This document shows positions 41,355-51,133 of a DNA stretch of 64,000 nucleotides, piece by piece. Position numbers and translations under genes: made by a program. Each line of letters begins with the position of its first letter. The stretch's first letter is position 1. The DNA is taken from NCBI GenBank assembly GCA_965372715.1, contig CBDVDH010000001.1:1-64000 (forward strand), written 5' to 3'. The DNA comes from an uncultured bacterium. Its GTDB lineage: Bacteria; B130-G9. The notes beneath the pieces were generated by a model, which worked only from the letters and a program-made list of their open reading frames with translations, searched no databases and had not been told where the DNA came from.

Positions 41355-43862
41355 CTACGTGCCTTGTTCACTCATTCTCTGAACCGTTCGCAGCTCGTGT
41401 TGTGAAAGGCCGAAGCAAGCTCCAGCCAATCGGTCGAGATTGAGCTTGGCTGCGGATGACAGCTCGAGGTGCCCCTGCTCAGCGGCGCGGTGGCACTCCT
41501 CAGAAAGCCTCGCCAGCTTGGCGTGAGATTGATCTCTCGCGTCGTAGCGGGGGATTTTGACGTATTCCATAATGTGGGGTGGGGCGAAGCTTTTGCCGCC
41601 GGCGACTGAGTAGCTGCGCACGAGGAAGTTGACGAGCGAGGAGTTGAGCATTGCGCAGAGGTAGTGCGCCTCGTCCTCAGTCTCGCAGGAGATGAAGGCG
41701 TGTGTGTTCTGGGGGAGGACTGGCCTTTCACCCTCAAACGGTAGGACCGCGGCTGCCATCTTTGAGCCCATGATGCGCCAGCCGACCCGCCATCGCTCAA
41801 GCGTGTAGGTTCCGACGTTGAACATCGACCAGAACGGGTGGCGCTTCGGGTTGAAGTATTTTTTGAATGCGGCTCGTTCCCTCAGCTGCTGCTCGAACGC
41901 GCTGATGTATTTCAGCGTTTTCGGGTATTTTGCCTTCATCGTCTCCTCGGCGATGCCTCTTCGCGTTTCGGGGTCTTGCGCCAGGATCACGTGCACTGAC
42001 GGGCGGGCGTTCCACTTCTTCAGGTCGCGGCCCAGAAGTTGCGGATAGACGAGATCGGACTCGATGACGGCGCTGACCTTTTTGACCTTGATCTTGCCGA
42101 TGTCATGGATGTTCTCGATGACGAGATCGCCGCTTGGCAGCGCCTCAATGATCCTGACGATGAAGCAGCCGGAAAGGCCGGCGCAGTTGACGCCCTCCCA
42201 GGCCTTGTAGGGCGACGGGCCGATCATCTTGCGGATTGGCCCCATCAGACCGTATGGCACAGTCAGCCACGACGAACTCAACGAGTCCTTGTCAATCGGC
42301 GAGGCCAGGAGCTCGGTTCGCTCGGCAAGGTCGATGGGCGAGGCGCGCTCCGTGAACAACGTCCGTTGGCCATCTCGTCTTCTTCTCCAGACGGTGTAGG
42401 GCACGGGATATCGCGTTGGAGTGTCGGAGCGTTCACATATCAGCAGTGCTGTGCGGTTCGAGGCGCCGGGGAAAGGGGAGAGCGCCGTCAGATCGTGGAC
42501 AGATTTCACGCAAATAAATGCCCAGGTTGAGTATCGATTGAACCAGAAACGTCGGAAGCCCTCGCCCGCGCCTCTTGTCTTGAAAACGCTCTGTGTGATC
42601 AGGAAGCCGAGCTTGCCGCCATTCTTCAGGAGGCGGTCGATTGAACGATAGACGAAGAGCATGGAGAGGTCCTTCTTGCCGCCCCCCATGCGGCCTTTGC
42701 TGCCAGAAAGCGAGAAGAGGCCATAATCACGCCAGAGCGGCTTCGTTGCCTCCCGATAGTCCGGCGAAAGGTTGTCCCAAAGCACCCAGGGCGGATTGCC
42801 AACGACCAAGTCAAATCGGCCCGGTTTAACTTTGGTCGCGACCTTTGATGAGCCTTGTTTCTTCTGCTCGTCGCTGGCGCCTGTTATCAGGTCGAACGTG
42901 TGAACGGGAATATCGACGCGGTGACCGAACGGAAGTAGCGAGCGGAGTGTTATGATGTAATTGGCCTTTGCGGCGAGCACAGCCAGAGGGTTGACGTCCA
43001 CTCCGACGATGCTGGGCAATTGACGCTTTCTCGACGAGGCTTCGCGTGGTCCAGTCGGTGCTGCGCTCATCTTGCTCAGTGTGCGCCCGAGAGCGCGCGT
43101 CAGAAACGCGCCCGAGCCGCACGACGGGTCGATCAGTCTGACGGATGGGTCGCCGTCGTATCCAACGCTGTCCAGAACGAAATCCACGAGCCATTCTGGC
43201 GTGTAGTACTCGCCGAGGGAGTGTCGGAGCGCACATGGGATGAGCGAGGCGTAAAGGTCACCGAAGAGCTCGTGGGATTCACTCCCTGAGCTGATGTATG
43301 CGGTAAAGTCGTAGCCCGCCAAACACTCGCTCATCTCCCGAACCGAACCGGCGATTTCGTCGCCGCACGCTTCCGCATACCACCCGTAGCACTCGTCTTG
43401 GGGGAAGGCGCCTATCCCGATCTGGCGGAATGCCTCGCCGTTCTCAATTTCGGCGAGCGCCTCGGCAGAGCAGGAAAGAGGCTCATTTGGCGAGATGGCT
43501 TCGTCCCGGCTTTGGCCCAACACAGCATAAGCGGCGACGACCTTCACGACGAGCGCGAAGTAGGTTTGAACAGCGAAGAGGAGGACATCCGGCCTGGGGG
43601 TCACCTTTGCGAGAGACTTGTTGAATGGCGAAGTGCCGCTGCACTCCAGCAGCTGCCTGGCCTTCTCCGGCAATGCCTGAGTCGCCTTCCAGCTGGCTAA
43701 GAAGTCCGCGGATCGGCCGTCTGCGGCGATGGCTCGGCACAGGCCCCCGATCGCGCGCTTGGCCATTGGCCGTTTTAGCCCGAAATCTGCTCGGACCTCC
43801 GCGCCATCGAGCCGCTTCCTTCTGGGCTTGGATTGGTCGCCAGTTTCTGATCTAACCGCCAT
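41355..43862 (-). CDS. N6-adenine DNA methyltransferase, type IIG/Eco57I-like, apparently lacking the nuclease domain
   Basis: RHSLGEYYTP, DPSCGSGAF (motif I), VGNPPW (motif IV), C-terminal target-recognition region (EAHYLCAMLNS). Confidence 0.85.
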   Translation of the reverse strand: MAVRSETGDQSKPRRKRLDGAEVRADFGLKRPMAKRAIGGLCRAIAADGRSADFLASWKATQALPEKARQLLECSGTSPFNKSLAKVTPRPDVLLFAVQTYFALVVKVVAAYAVLGQSRDEAISPNEPLSCSAEALAEIENGEAFRQIGIGAFPQDECYGWYAEACGDEIAGSVREMSECLAGYDFTAYISSGSESHELFGDLYASLIPCALRHSLGEYYTPEWLVDFVLDSVGYDGDPSVRLIDPSCGSGAFLTRALGRTLSKMSAAPTGPREASSRKRQLPSIVGVDVNPLAVLAAKANYIITLRSLLPFGHRVDIPVHTFDLITGASDEQKKQGSSKVATKVKPGRFDLVVGNPPWVLWDNLSPDYREATKPLWRDYGLFSLSGSKGRMGGGKKDLSMLFVYRSIDRLLKNGGKLGFLITQSVFKTRGAGEGFRRFWFNRYSTWAFICVKSVHDLTALSPFPGASNRTALLICERSDTPTRYPVPYTVWRRRRDGQRTLFTERASPIDLAERTELLASPIDKDSLSSSWLTVPYGLMGPIRKMIGPSPYKAWEGVNCAGLSGCFIVRIIEALPSGDLVIENIHDIGKIKVKKVSAVIESDLVYPQLLGRDLKKWNARPSVHVILAQDPETRRGIAEETMKAKYPKTLKYISAFEQQLRERAAFKKYFNPKRHPFWSMFNVGTYTLERWRVGWRIMGSKMAAAVLPFEGERPVLPQNTHAFISCETEDEAHYLCAMLNSSLVNFLVRSYSVAGGKSFAPPHIMEYVKIPRYDARDQSHAKLARLSEECHRAAEQGHLELSSAAKLNLDRLAGACFGLSQHELRTVQRMSEQGT

Positions 43863-43882
43863 GCTGGCCTTCTTTGCTACCG

Positions 43883-45298
43883 CTACACCTTGCGTTCAAG
43901 CCATCTTCCTCTTTTGAACCACGCAATCATCATTATCGTATCGAAGAGGCTTGCGAGTAGGAATGCGCACCAGATGCTGGTTTCATTCGTCCGGAACACA
44001 TAGATGAAGACCGCGATCAGGGCGAGTCGGACCACCTCAGCCGAAAGGCCAATCAGTGTCGGCGGAAGCGTGTTTCCCGAACCGTTGAAGGCGCTGGCTA
44101 AGACCAACCTGACAGCGAATAGCAAATGACCAAACACCATTATCCTGATCGCGATGATGGCCACCCGTGCCACACCAGTCTCTTCGGTGAACACGTCTAT
44201 GATCTGGGGCGCGAGAATGAAGACCACTGCGCTCAATGACGCGCAGATTAGGACAACCACCGTGGTCGCGACTTTGACCGTCTTGGTTGCCATTTGTTTC
44301 CGACCGGCCCCGAGGCAATGACCGACAATTGCGGACGAACCGAGCGACATTCCGACCGCAGCAATAATTGTGAACCCGAGAATCTGTTGGCTGAATCCGA
44401 AGGCCGCAACGACGGCGGTTCCATGAAGCGCGATGAAATAGGTCGTTGCAAGGCCGGCGAGTGAGCGAGCGACCCCTTCGAGTCCGGGCGGCGTGCCAAT
44501 CTTCAGGATTCTGACCACCACTGATAAGTCTGGTTTCCATCCTCTGGCGAGTCGAAATCGGACGTACCTTTTCTTCGAATGTAGCATGAGAACGCCGAGC
44601 ACGCAGCAAACGAGCAGCGCCAGTCCCTTCGCAATTGCCGCGCCGCTGATGCCCAGGCCGAGGCCTATCGGTGTGTCCTTTGAGATTATCTCAAGCCCGG
44701 CAATGCCCAGCGAAAGAGGCATTCTGTCGAAGATCATAAGGGGCGCAAGCACAATGTTTAGCGCCGTCGTTAGGATCATCAGGTACATCGCTCTATGTGC
44801 GTCGCCCATGCCTCTGAACGCCGTGAACATCGACCACGAGCAGAAGCTGAACGGGAGGCCTATGAAGAACCAGACGCCATACTCGAGGCCCAGCTGGGCT
44901 GCCTCAGGCTCTGCGTTCATCCACGATAGGACTGGGCGGAGCAAAATGAGGCCGACCGTTCCTGAAAGCACGGCCATAGATAGCTTCAGAAGGAGCGTCT
45001 GCTTGATCGCGTTCTCCGTGCCCTCGTAGTCCTTCTCGCCGAAGCGCCTCGAGATGACCGCCACGGACCCCGCGCCAACCAGCGAGTTGGTTGTGCAGAG
45101 AACGCCGGCAAACGCCATCAAGAGCGTCATCCCGGCCACGGCTGAGCTGCCCAGAAGCCCCAGGAAAAACACGTCAAAGAGCGCGCACACGGTCATGGTC
45201 GCGAACCCGATCATCGAGGGAACGCCCATGAAGATGACGTTGCGAAGGACGCTCCCCTCGGTCAGGTCTCTGGGTCTTACTATTCCAACAGGTCGCAT
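43883..45298 (-). CDS. MATE-family efflux transporter
   Basis: DLTEGSV, FRGMGD, LNIVLAP, GLGISGAAIA, ILKIGTP, VGHCLGAG; about 12 TM segments. Confidence 0.92.
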   Translation of the reverse strand: MRPVGIVRPRDLTEGSVLRNVIFMGVPSMIGFATMTVCALFDVFFLGLLGSSAVAGMTLLMAFAGVLCTTNSLVGAGSVAVISRRFGEKDYEGTENAIKQTLLLKLSMAVLSGTVGLILLRPVLSWMNAEPEAAQLGLEYGVWFFIGLPFSFCSWSMFTAFRGMGDAHRAMYLMILTTALNIVLAPLMIFDRMPLSLGIAGLEIISKDTPIGLGLGISGAAIAKGLALLVCCVLGVLMLHSKKRYVRFRLARGWKPDLSVVVRILKIGTPPGLEGVARSLAGLATTYFIALHGTAVVAAFGFSQQILGFTIIAAVGMSLGSSAIVGHCLGAGRKQMATKTVKVATTVVVLICASLSAVVFILAPQIIDVFTEETGVARVAIIAIRIMVFGHLLFAVRLVLASAFNGSGNTLPPTLIGLSAEVVRLALIAVFIYVFRTNETSIWCAFLLASLFDTIMMIAWFKRGRWLERKV

Positions 45299-45326
45299 GA
45301 GTTGTCTCCAAAGAAAGGCGGATGCT

Positions 45327-45464
45327 GCGGAGGTCCTCAGTTACGCAGACTACTGCGAGGCGGGAGCGATGCAATAGGCGAACGCACGAGACCTCGTTCG
45401 ATCAAAAGGCGGAGATTATGTCGTTCAGGACGGGGACGCAATCCATTTTCGGTTCAATGTGTAG
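45327..45464 (+). pseudogene. ychF: Degenerate 3' fragment of ychF
   Basis: Translates AEVLSYADYCEAGAMQ*ANARDLVRSKGGDYVVQDGDAIHFRFNV*, matching the YchF ending AEV.SY.D....G....K...LR.EGK.Y.VQDGD..HFRFNV; internal stop. Confidence 0.85.
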
Positions 45465-45485
45465 TAACTTGGGCACAGAGCGGCT

Positions 45486-45731
45486 TCAGAGGCCGCGCTG
45501 CTCACGCACTTCACTAACCGGGATGTCCCCAGTCTCTTCTGACCTCTTATCGAGGAAAGATGCGAACTTCTCACTGGTTCCCAATGCCGCGACCTCCCGA
45601 TCAAACTCATCCGCCCGTTCGAGAACAAAGTCCTCGCCGGACCTCGAACGAATGAGAATCGTCTCGGACATCGCCAGTCCAAGCACCTCGCTCAGCGTGT
45701 GCCGCCCTTTCGTTAGGTCTATGGTCTTCAT
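45486..45731 (-). CDS. Putative type II antitoxin
   Basis: 81 aa MKTIDL...LSEVL.LA..E..L...G..FVL...DEFDREV..L; directly downstream of a RelE-like remnant. Confidence 0.6.
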   Translation of the reverse strand: MKTIDLTKGRHTLSEVLGLAMSETILIRSRSGEDFVLERADEFDREVAALGTSEKFASFLDKRSEETGDIPVSEVREQRGL

Positions 45732-45810
45732 ATCTTAACACTCCGTCCTCGGCCTTGTAGTAGCCCAAGTCATCAATGGCACTTGGGACGAACTTCACTT
45801 CGAATTTCAC
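45732..45810 (-). pseudogene. RelE/ParE-like toxin with a large internal deletion
   Basis: MKFEVKFVPSAIDDLGYY is a typical RelE N-terminus, but only about 25 codons precede the antitoxin start. Confidence 0.6.
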
Positions 45811-45993
45811 GTCGGTAACCTACCACACTTCCGTCGTATTGGCAAGACACCGCGCTCGGTGAGGCAGTTCGGCCAAGTCAGGCGATTCTTTCTCGGCATG
45901 TTGGCGGAACCGTGGCGGCCACTACCGCTCCAGAATGCACCCTAACGACGCTCTGCGGCGACTGCCCAAGCGAAATACTTGACTCGCAGATAT

Positions 45994-46040
45994 CTTGGGG
46001 GCCCCTTTAGTCTGGCCAAGGAGTAGCCGGGGCCCCCAAG
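45994..46040. terminator. Inverted repeat downstream of the feo-linked gene cluster, possible terminator
   Basis: CTTGGGGGCCCC ... GGGGCCCCCAAG 12-bp stem; large loop and no clear U tract. Confidence 0.4.
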
Positions 46041-46104
46041 GAGCAATGACCAAGACCCTAACCAGGTCTAGGACTGCCGAATTCAGATCGGTTGCTGGGC
46101 TTGA

Positions 46105-47094
46105 TCAACCGCTTTCTCCGCCGAACGTCCACATCATTCCAAGCACGGGGATGATGTGCGCCTCGAAATCCTTCCTATATTTGTAGGGGCATTTGACACC
46201 AATGAATATCTTGTGGTGCTCCTTCGCGGGACCCTGGGGCAGCCACACGAGCTTCGGGAATACCGAGTGCTCGTATCGATCGCTGCGGTCGATAGAAACG
46301 CCTTTGCGGTCTTGGTCCTCGAACTTGTGCCAGCCTATTAGACCCAGGTGAGCCCAGATGGTTGCGTCCTTGCTAATGGAGTATTCGACGTTGAACTTGT
46401 AGCCAATCTTGTCCCCGATGTTCTGGCCTGATTTCTCCCACTTGACCATCTCGCCCTTCTCGTTCATGACGTCGATGCCGCGCCTGTCGTCTTGCCACTC
46501 GTAGTACAAGTGGTTGCAGAAGTGAAACTGGCCGAAGTGCTCATGCGATAGAAGCACGACTCGGAAGGCCTTGGCGCCGGAACCGATACCCTTGGTTACG
46601 TCGCAATTGTCCGAGGCGTCCAATCTGAAGCCCGCGCCGAGGGCTATCGCCTCGATGTGCTGCTTGTCCGCGACGATTTTGTATTTTGCAGAAAGCCAGA
46701 TATCGCCGAACCCCTGGCCTTCTTTATCATTTCCTTTGATGAACCATGTGCCGTTCGGCCTTTGCGCGTGCTTGCCCTTCCGTGTATGTTTGTCGAAGTA
46801 GGTCAGAACCAGACCGATGTCGAGCCTATCAGTGATGCCGTAACCGAGGCGGAAGTTGCTCTTGGTCAACCTCTGGTGCCAGTTCTCCGGCATGTCCATC
46901 ATGAACGTTTTCTCGCCCGGTTCAAAGCTCCAAAGCGCCCGTTCCGAGTATTCATACTCTGTCTGGGACTTAACCCAGAACGTGCCCTTGTGCAGCCCAA
47001 GCGGGCATCCTGTTACACCTTCGGCCAGTGCCTGCGCCCCCAAAAGCGCCGCAATCAGTGCCGCCACAAGACCAATCGCTCCTGCGTTTCTCAT
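46105..47094 (-). CDS. Exported, probably outer-membrane beta-barrel protein
   Basis: Signal peptide (AQALA); alternating beta strands, LGYGITDRLDIG, GFGDIWLSAKY, terminal LGMMWTF; AGGAG RBS. Confidence 0.6.
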   Translation of the reverse strand: MRNAGAIGLVAALIAALLGAQALAEGVTGCPLGLHKGTFWVKSQTEYEYSERALWSFEPGEKTFMMDMPENWHQRLTKSNFRLGYGITDRLDIGLVLTYFDKHTRKGKHAQRPNGTWFIKGNDKEGQGFGDIWLSAKYKIVADKQHIEAIALGAGFRLDASDNCDVTKGIGSGAKAFRVVLLSHEHFGQFHFCNHLYYEWQDDRRGIDVMNEKGEMVKWEKSGQNIGDKIGYKFNVEYSISKDATIWAHLGLIGWHKFEDQDRKGVSIDRSDRYEHSVFPKLVWLPQGPAKEHHKIFIGVKCPYKYRKDFEAHIIPVLGMMWTFGGESG

Positions 47095-47227
47095 GCTTGC
47101 TCTCCTGTTCGTTGTTTCTTGACAATAAAAAAGGGCGTGATCAGACACTTACACAGCATTCTGATACACGCCCTCACTTCCCGGTTCCAAAGTGCCGGGC
47201 CGTAGGACAATTCTTCTTACGCGCCTC

Positions 47228-47512
47228 TTACAGAAGCGCCTTCGTCAACTTCTTTCTCAGTTCCTCCAATTGCCTCGACTTGAAGCACTTTCTTGTGCCA
47301 TCCAAGACCGAGATGGCCTCCACTATCACGGCCTTCAGCTTTTGCGAGTTGGGGCAGTCGCACGTCCGAGGCCGATTAAGCTCGGTCCGAGGCTCGCGTT
47401 CACCTCCTTTCCCGTGTTGCGCAAGCATTCTACAGTGCGCCTCAACGCGCTGCCGCAGCTCCTCAGCGCTGCGGCGAACAGCTTCCGTATTGACGTTTCT
47501 ATCCAACACCAA
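47228..47512 (-). CDS. Small hypothetical protein overlapping the feoB 3' end
   Basis: 94 aa with His/Cys residues (HC, CDC, C) and a helical EAISVLDGTRKCFKSRQLEELRKKL tail. Confidence 0.6.
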   Translation of the reverse strand: MVLDRNVNTEAVRRSAEELRQRVEAHCRMLAQHGKGGEREPRTELNRPRTCDCPNSQKLKAVIVEAISVLDGTRKCFKSRQLEELRKKLTKALL

Positions 47513-49658
47513 TCCCCAACGCGCTTCCGACCTGATAGACGATTAACGAGATAACCCACGCGACGGCCGTGGTATAGGCGAGAACGAACAGCGGCCACTT
47601 CCAGGTCCCGGTCTCTTTCTTGACGACCGCAAGTGCCGCGAAGCACGGCAAATACAGCAGCGAGAAGACCATCAGCGTGAATGCGACAAGCGGTGTATAG
47701 ACCTTCCTTCCGTCTGGCCATCTCGCGTTCTGGAGCCGTCCCCTGAGCGACTGCGATTCCTCGTCCGCCTCAGAAACGGAATAGAGCGTGCCGAGGGTTG
47801 AGACGACGACCTCTTTCGCCACCAGGCCGCCGATAAGTGCGACGCCGATCTTCCAGTCGAATCCAAGTGGTCTAATCAGTGGCTCCAACGCCCTCCCGAG
47901 CCTGCCGGCGTAGCTTTTGTGGAGCTTCTCGGCGTGCATTCTTACCTCGATGCGCTTGACGGCCGCCTCCAGATTCTCAGAATCGCCCTGATGGGCCTCC
48001 TGCGCTCTCGCGGTCTGGGCCTCGTAGTCAGTGGTGTAGTCGGGCTCCCAGGGGAAGCTGCTCAGGAACCATATCAGGACCGAACCAAAGAGGATGATCG
48101 TCCCGGCCTTCTTGAGATACATCCGCACCTGCTCCCACGTCTGAAGCAGAACGCCGCGAACCGTCGGGACCCGATATGGCGGGAGCTCCATCACGAGTGG
48201 TGAGGTGTCGCCCTTCAAGACGAATTTGCGAAGCAGTTTTGCCGAGAGAAGCGCGACGAGTATCCCCAGCGCGTAGAGCGAGAAAAGAACCGTACCCCCG
48301 TTCGCCGCGAAGAACGCTCCGATAAACAGGCCGTAAATCGGCAGACGTGCCCCGCAAGACATGAATGGGGTAACGAGTATCGTAACGAGCCTGTCTCTTC
48401 TGTCGGGGATGACGCGGCAAGCCATGATGCCGGGCACGGTGCAGCCGAAGCCGAGTATCATCGGGATGAACGACTGCCCGTGTAGGCCGACCTTGTGCAT
48501 GTATCTATCCATGATAAAGGCAGCTCTCGCCATGTAGCCCGTCGCCTCGAGCACCGCCATGACAAGGAACAGAAGCCCAATGATGGGCACGAAGACCAGG
48601 ACGCCCCCGACGCCGCCGATGACGCCGTCAACAACGAGGCTATGAATCGCTCCCTCCTCCGGTAGAAACTGGCCAATTGACTCGCCCAGGAAGGCAAAGG
48701 CGTTCTCAATCCAGCCCATGAACGGCTCGCTCGCCACGAACGTGAACTTGAACATCAGCCACATAAGAGCCAAGAATATCGGCAGACCAAGCACCTTGTT
48801 CGTCAAGACAGCATCGATTCTATCTGACCAGTCGTGCCTCGACTCAACGGATGTCCGAACCGCCTCTTGACACGCCCCAGAGATGAACCCATAGCGCCGC
48901 TCCGCAATGACCGTCTCTGGGCTATCTCCGGCAATCTTTTGAATGTGCGCCATGCCCGCTCGCACAGATTCCGCCAACGCCGCTGATTTCACGTCCGCAA
49001 AAACTCTGCCGTCATTCTCCAGCAGCTTAAGCGCCACCCAACGCGCCGGCCTACGCCCAGTGAAACCCGGATCCGCCTCAACAAGCGCCTCAATGCTGTC
49101 GAGCTGTTGGTTGATGCGCTTGCCGTAGCTGATCTTGACCGGTGGGTACGTGATCTCCCCGCGTGCGACCTTCATCGCTATTTCCAGGAGCTTGTCTTGG
49201 CCCTTTCTCTTATGCCCGATGGTCAGAACGATCGGCGCGCCCAAGAGCTTCGACAAGAGCTCAAGCTCGAACTTCATCCCGCGCTGCTCGGCAACGTCGC
49301 TCATGTTGAAGGCCAAAACCAGCGGCGCACCAAGCTCAATCAGTTGCACCGCCAGGTAGAGGTTTCGTTCGAGGTTCGAGGCGTCAACCACGTCGATGAC
49401 CACGTCGGGCTTCTCGTTGATTATGAAATCCCTCGCGACGAGCTCCTCGATCGAATAGGCCGTCAGGCTGTATGTTCCCGGAAGATCGACGACGCTTAGT
49501 TGATGGCCTTCATAAGTTGCCGAGCCCTCTTTCTTCTCGACCGTTACGCCTGGGTAGTTGCCGACCCGCTGGCGGGCGCCCGTGATGTTGTTGAATATCG
49601 TCGTTTTTCCGGAGTTTGGGTTTCCGGCGAGTGCGATTCTTATCTTCTCTTTTTGCAT
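47499..49658 (-). CDS. feoB: Ferrous iron transporter B
   Basis: GNPNSGKTT, VGNYPGVTVE, DLPGTYSL, GYMARAAF, GFGCTVP, PFMSCGARLP, MELPPY. Confidence 0.97.
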   Translation of the reverse strand: MQKEKIRIALAGNPNSGKTTIFNNITGARQRVGNYPGVTVEKKEGSATYEGHQLSVVDLPGTYSLTAYSIEELVARDFIINEKPDVVIDVVDASNLERNLYLAVQLIELGAPLVLAFNMSDVAEQRGMKFELELLSKLLGAPIVLTIGHKRKGQDKLLEIAMKVARGEITYPPVKISYGKRINQQLDSIEALVEADPGFTGRRPARWVALKLLENDGRVFADVKSAALAESVRAGMAHIQKIAGDSPETVIAERRYGFISGACQEAVRTSVESRHDWSDRIDAVLTNKVLGLPIFLALMWLMFKFTFVASEPFMGWIENAFAFLGESIGQFLPEEGAIHSLVVDGVIGGVGGVLVFVPIIGLLFLVMAVLEATGYMARAAFIMDRYMHKVGLHGQSFIPMILGFGCTVPGIMACRVIPDRRDRLVTILVTPFMSCGARLPIYGLFIGAFFAANGGTVLFSLYALGILVALLSAKLLRKFVLKGDTSPLVMELPPYRVPTVRGVLLQTWEQVRMYLKKAGTIILFGSVLIWFLSSFPWEPDYTTDYEAQTARAQEAHQGDSENLEAAVKRIEVRMHAEKLHKSYAGRLGRALEPLIRPLGFDWKIGVALIGGLVAKEVVVSTLGTLYSVSEADEESQSLRGRLQNARWPDGRKVYTPLVAFTLMVFSLLYLPCFAALAVVKKETGTWKWPLFVLAYTTAVAWVISLIVYQVGSALGIGVG

Positions 49659-49713
49659 ACGTGTTTCTCAATATGATGAGGACGTCTAATTATACTAGGC
49701 ATAGGAAATAGTT

Positions 49714-49727
49714 TTAGGTATAGCTAA
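49714..49727. promoter_or_regulatory. Candidate DtxR/MntR operator upstream of feoB
   Basis: TTAGGTATAGCTAA near-palindrome (TTAG-N6-CTAA) in an AT-rich gap. Confidence 0.6.
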
Positions 49728-49750
49728 CATCGCCGGCAAAAAAATGACCG

Positions 49751-49978
49751 CTATTCGACCATCATCTTCATAGTTATGCCGCGACCCAAGATCACCTTGC
49801 TGCCTTTGACCATGACCACCATCGGCCCTGCGAACGTCGTGTTCACCACAACAAGCTCAACCCCGGGAACGATGCCCATCGCGCTCAGCCTGCTTCTCAG
49901 GCCGCGCCCAGCGCTGATGCTCTTGAGCCTGACCTTCTGGCCCAGCTTCGCTGTTGTCAGAGGCATCACTTCTCCCAC
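49751..49978 (-). CDS. feoA: Ferrous iron transport protein A
   Basis: RLSAMGIVPG, GPMVVMVKGSKVILGRG; upstream of feoB. Confidence 0.92.
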   Translation of the reverse strand: MGEVMPLTTAKLGQKVRLKSISAGRGLRSRLSAMGIVPGVELVVVNTTFAGPMVVMVKGSKVILGRGITMKMMVE

Positions 49979-50065
49979 GTTATGTTCATAGGTAGCTGGC
50001 CGCGTCGGGACGACTACCCTTACAGCAGCCTCTCATTAGGTCATTTGCCTTCACCTTATGACGTC

Positions 50066-50665
50066 TCATTGCTCTGTTGGTCGTCCCGACCGCTCGTTTG
50101 TGTCAGGTCTTTCAGATTCAGAGCCCTTGGCCGTCGAACCATCGGCATCATACGTTTTCCGTCTCTCCCTCGTCTTCTCGAGAAGGTTCAGCAGGCATTT
50201 GACGCACATTTCCGCGTTGGTTCCGTTTTCGCAGTAGCTCGAGAAATCTCGTATCCAGTCGGTCCCTGCGCGGGGACAGACCTCGACAAACTCCGCGAAG
50301 CGCAGAAGGCGCTCCAGAACCTCCCCGGTTATTGCGTGCTCCATCTTGCACGCGGCCTCCTCGGCCTCCGGCCCTGCCACAGAGAGGACGTTGACGAGAA
50401 ATGACTTCAGGATTGTGTGCCGACGCACAATCTCAGCTGCGACCTTGCGCCCATCCTCAGTCAAGGTTATGTATTCGTAGGGATCGTAATTGACCAGGCC
50501 GTGCTGGGCGAGGTGCCTCAGCGCGCCGGTCACGGACGACATGGCCACCTCCATCCGGCTGGCAATCTGCTTCGCACGAGCGACCTTGTGCTCCCGAGAG
50601 ATATGGTAGATGGCCTCGAGGTAATCCTCCATCGAGGCGGTAATATCCTCCGCGGTCATAGCCAT
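50066..50665 (-). CDS. DtxR/MntR-family metal-dependent regulator with Cys-containing tail
   Basis: SMEDYLEAIY, IASRMEV..SSVT, VNYDPY..ITLT..G, RRH, ACKMEH. Confidence 0.93.
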   Translation of the reverse strand: MAMTAEDITASMEDYLEAIYHISREHKVARAKQIASRMEVAMSSVTGALRHLAQHGLVNYDPYEYITLTEDGRKVAAEIVRRHTILKSFLVNVLSVAGPEAEEAACKMEHAITGEVLERLLRFAEFVEVCPRAGTDWIRDFSSYCENGTNAEMCVKCLLNLLEKTRERRKTYDADGSTAKGSESERPDTNERSGRPTEQ

Positions 50666-50698
50666 GTTTTCACCTGTCTAGTTATCTCCTGCATAACT

Positions 50699-50727
50699 AA
50701 TATAGTTTGCCAGTCCTAACTTGTCAA
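50699..50727 (-). promoter_or_regulatory. Sigma70 promoter of the dtxR-feo cluster with an operator-like site in the spacer
   Basis: TTGACA-N17-TATATT; the spacer contains TTAGGACTGGCAAA, similar to the site at 49714. Confidence 0.7.
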
Positions 50728-50821
50728 GTTGTTTTTTCCGCATTCGCGGAAAGGGGGATAAACGGAAAAAGGGGGGAAAGGAGAAAAGGGAAGGAGGGGC
50801 AATGGATGACAGGGGCAAGGT

Positions 50822-51020
50822 GTGGGGCGGGCTTTCCAGCCTGCCCATTGTCGATTTGGGATTTGGGATTTGGGATTTGGGATTGCGGATTATCCGCGCC
50901 TCGGAACACCCATCTTCAGATGGGGGAATGGGTGAGCGTCCAGAGAATCCTGAATCCCTCTTCGGCCCTGAAGGGGCGTCACGTGAGTAGCCCCAGGCAA
51001 GCCAGCGGCGCAGCCTGGGG
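50822..51020. repeat. Cluster of REP-like hairpins and a (GATTTGG)n heptamer tract
   Basis: GTGGGGCGGGCTTTCCAGCCTGCCC; GATTTGG x4 plus variants (50853-50894); CCCATCTTCAGATGGG; GCCCTGAAGGGGC; CCCAGGC...GCCTGGG. Confidence 0.7.
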
Positions 51021-51133
51021 ATCCAATGGGCGAATCTATATCAATGGGTGGTGGGTGGGGAACGATCGCCTAGAATTGATCGCGAAGGGCAATACTGACC
51101 TGGCGCCCGGCTGGGGCCACCGATTCCCGGTTC

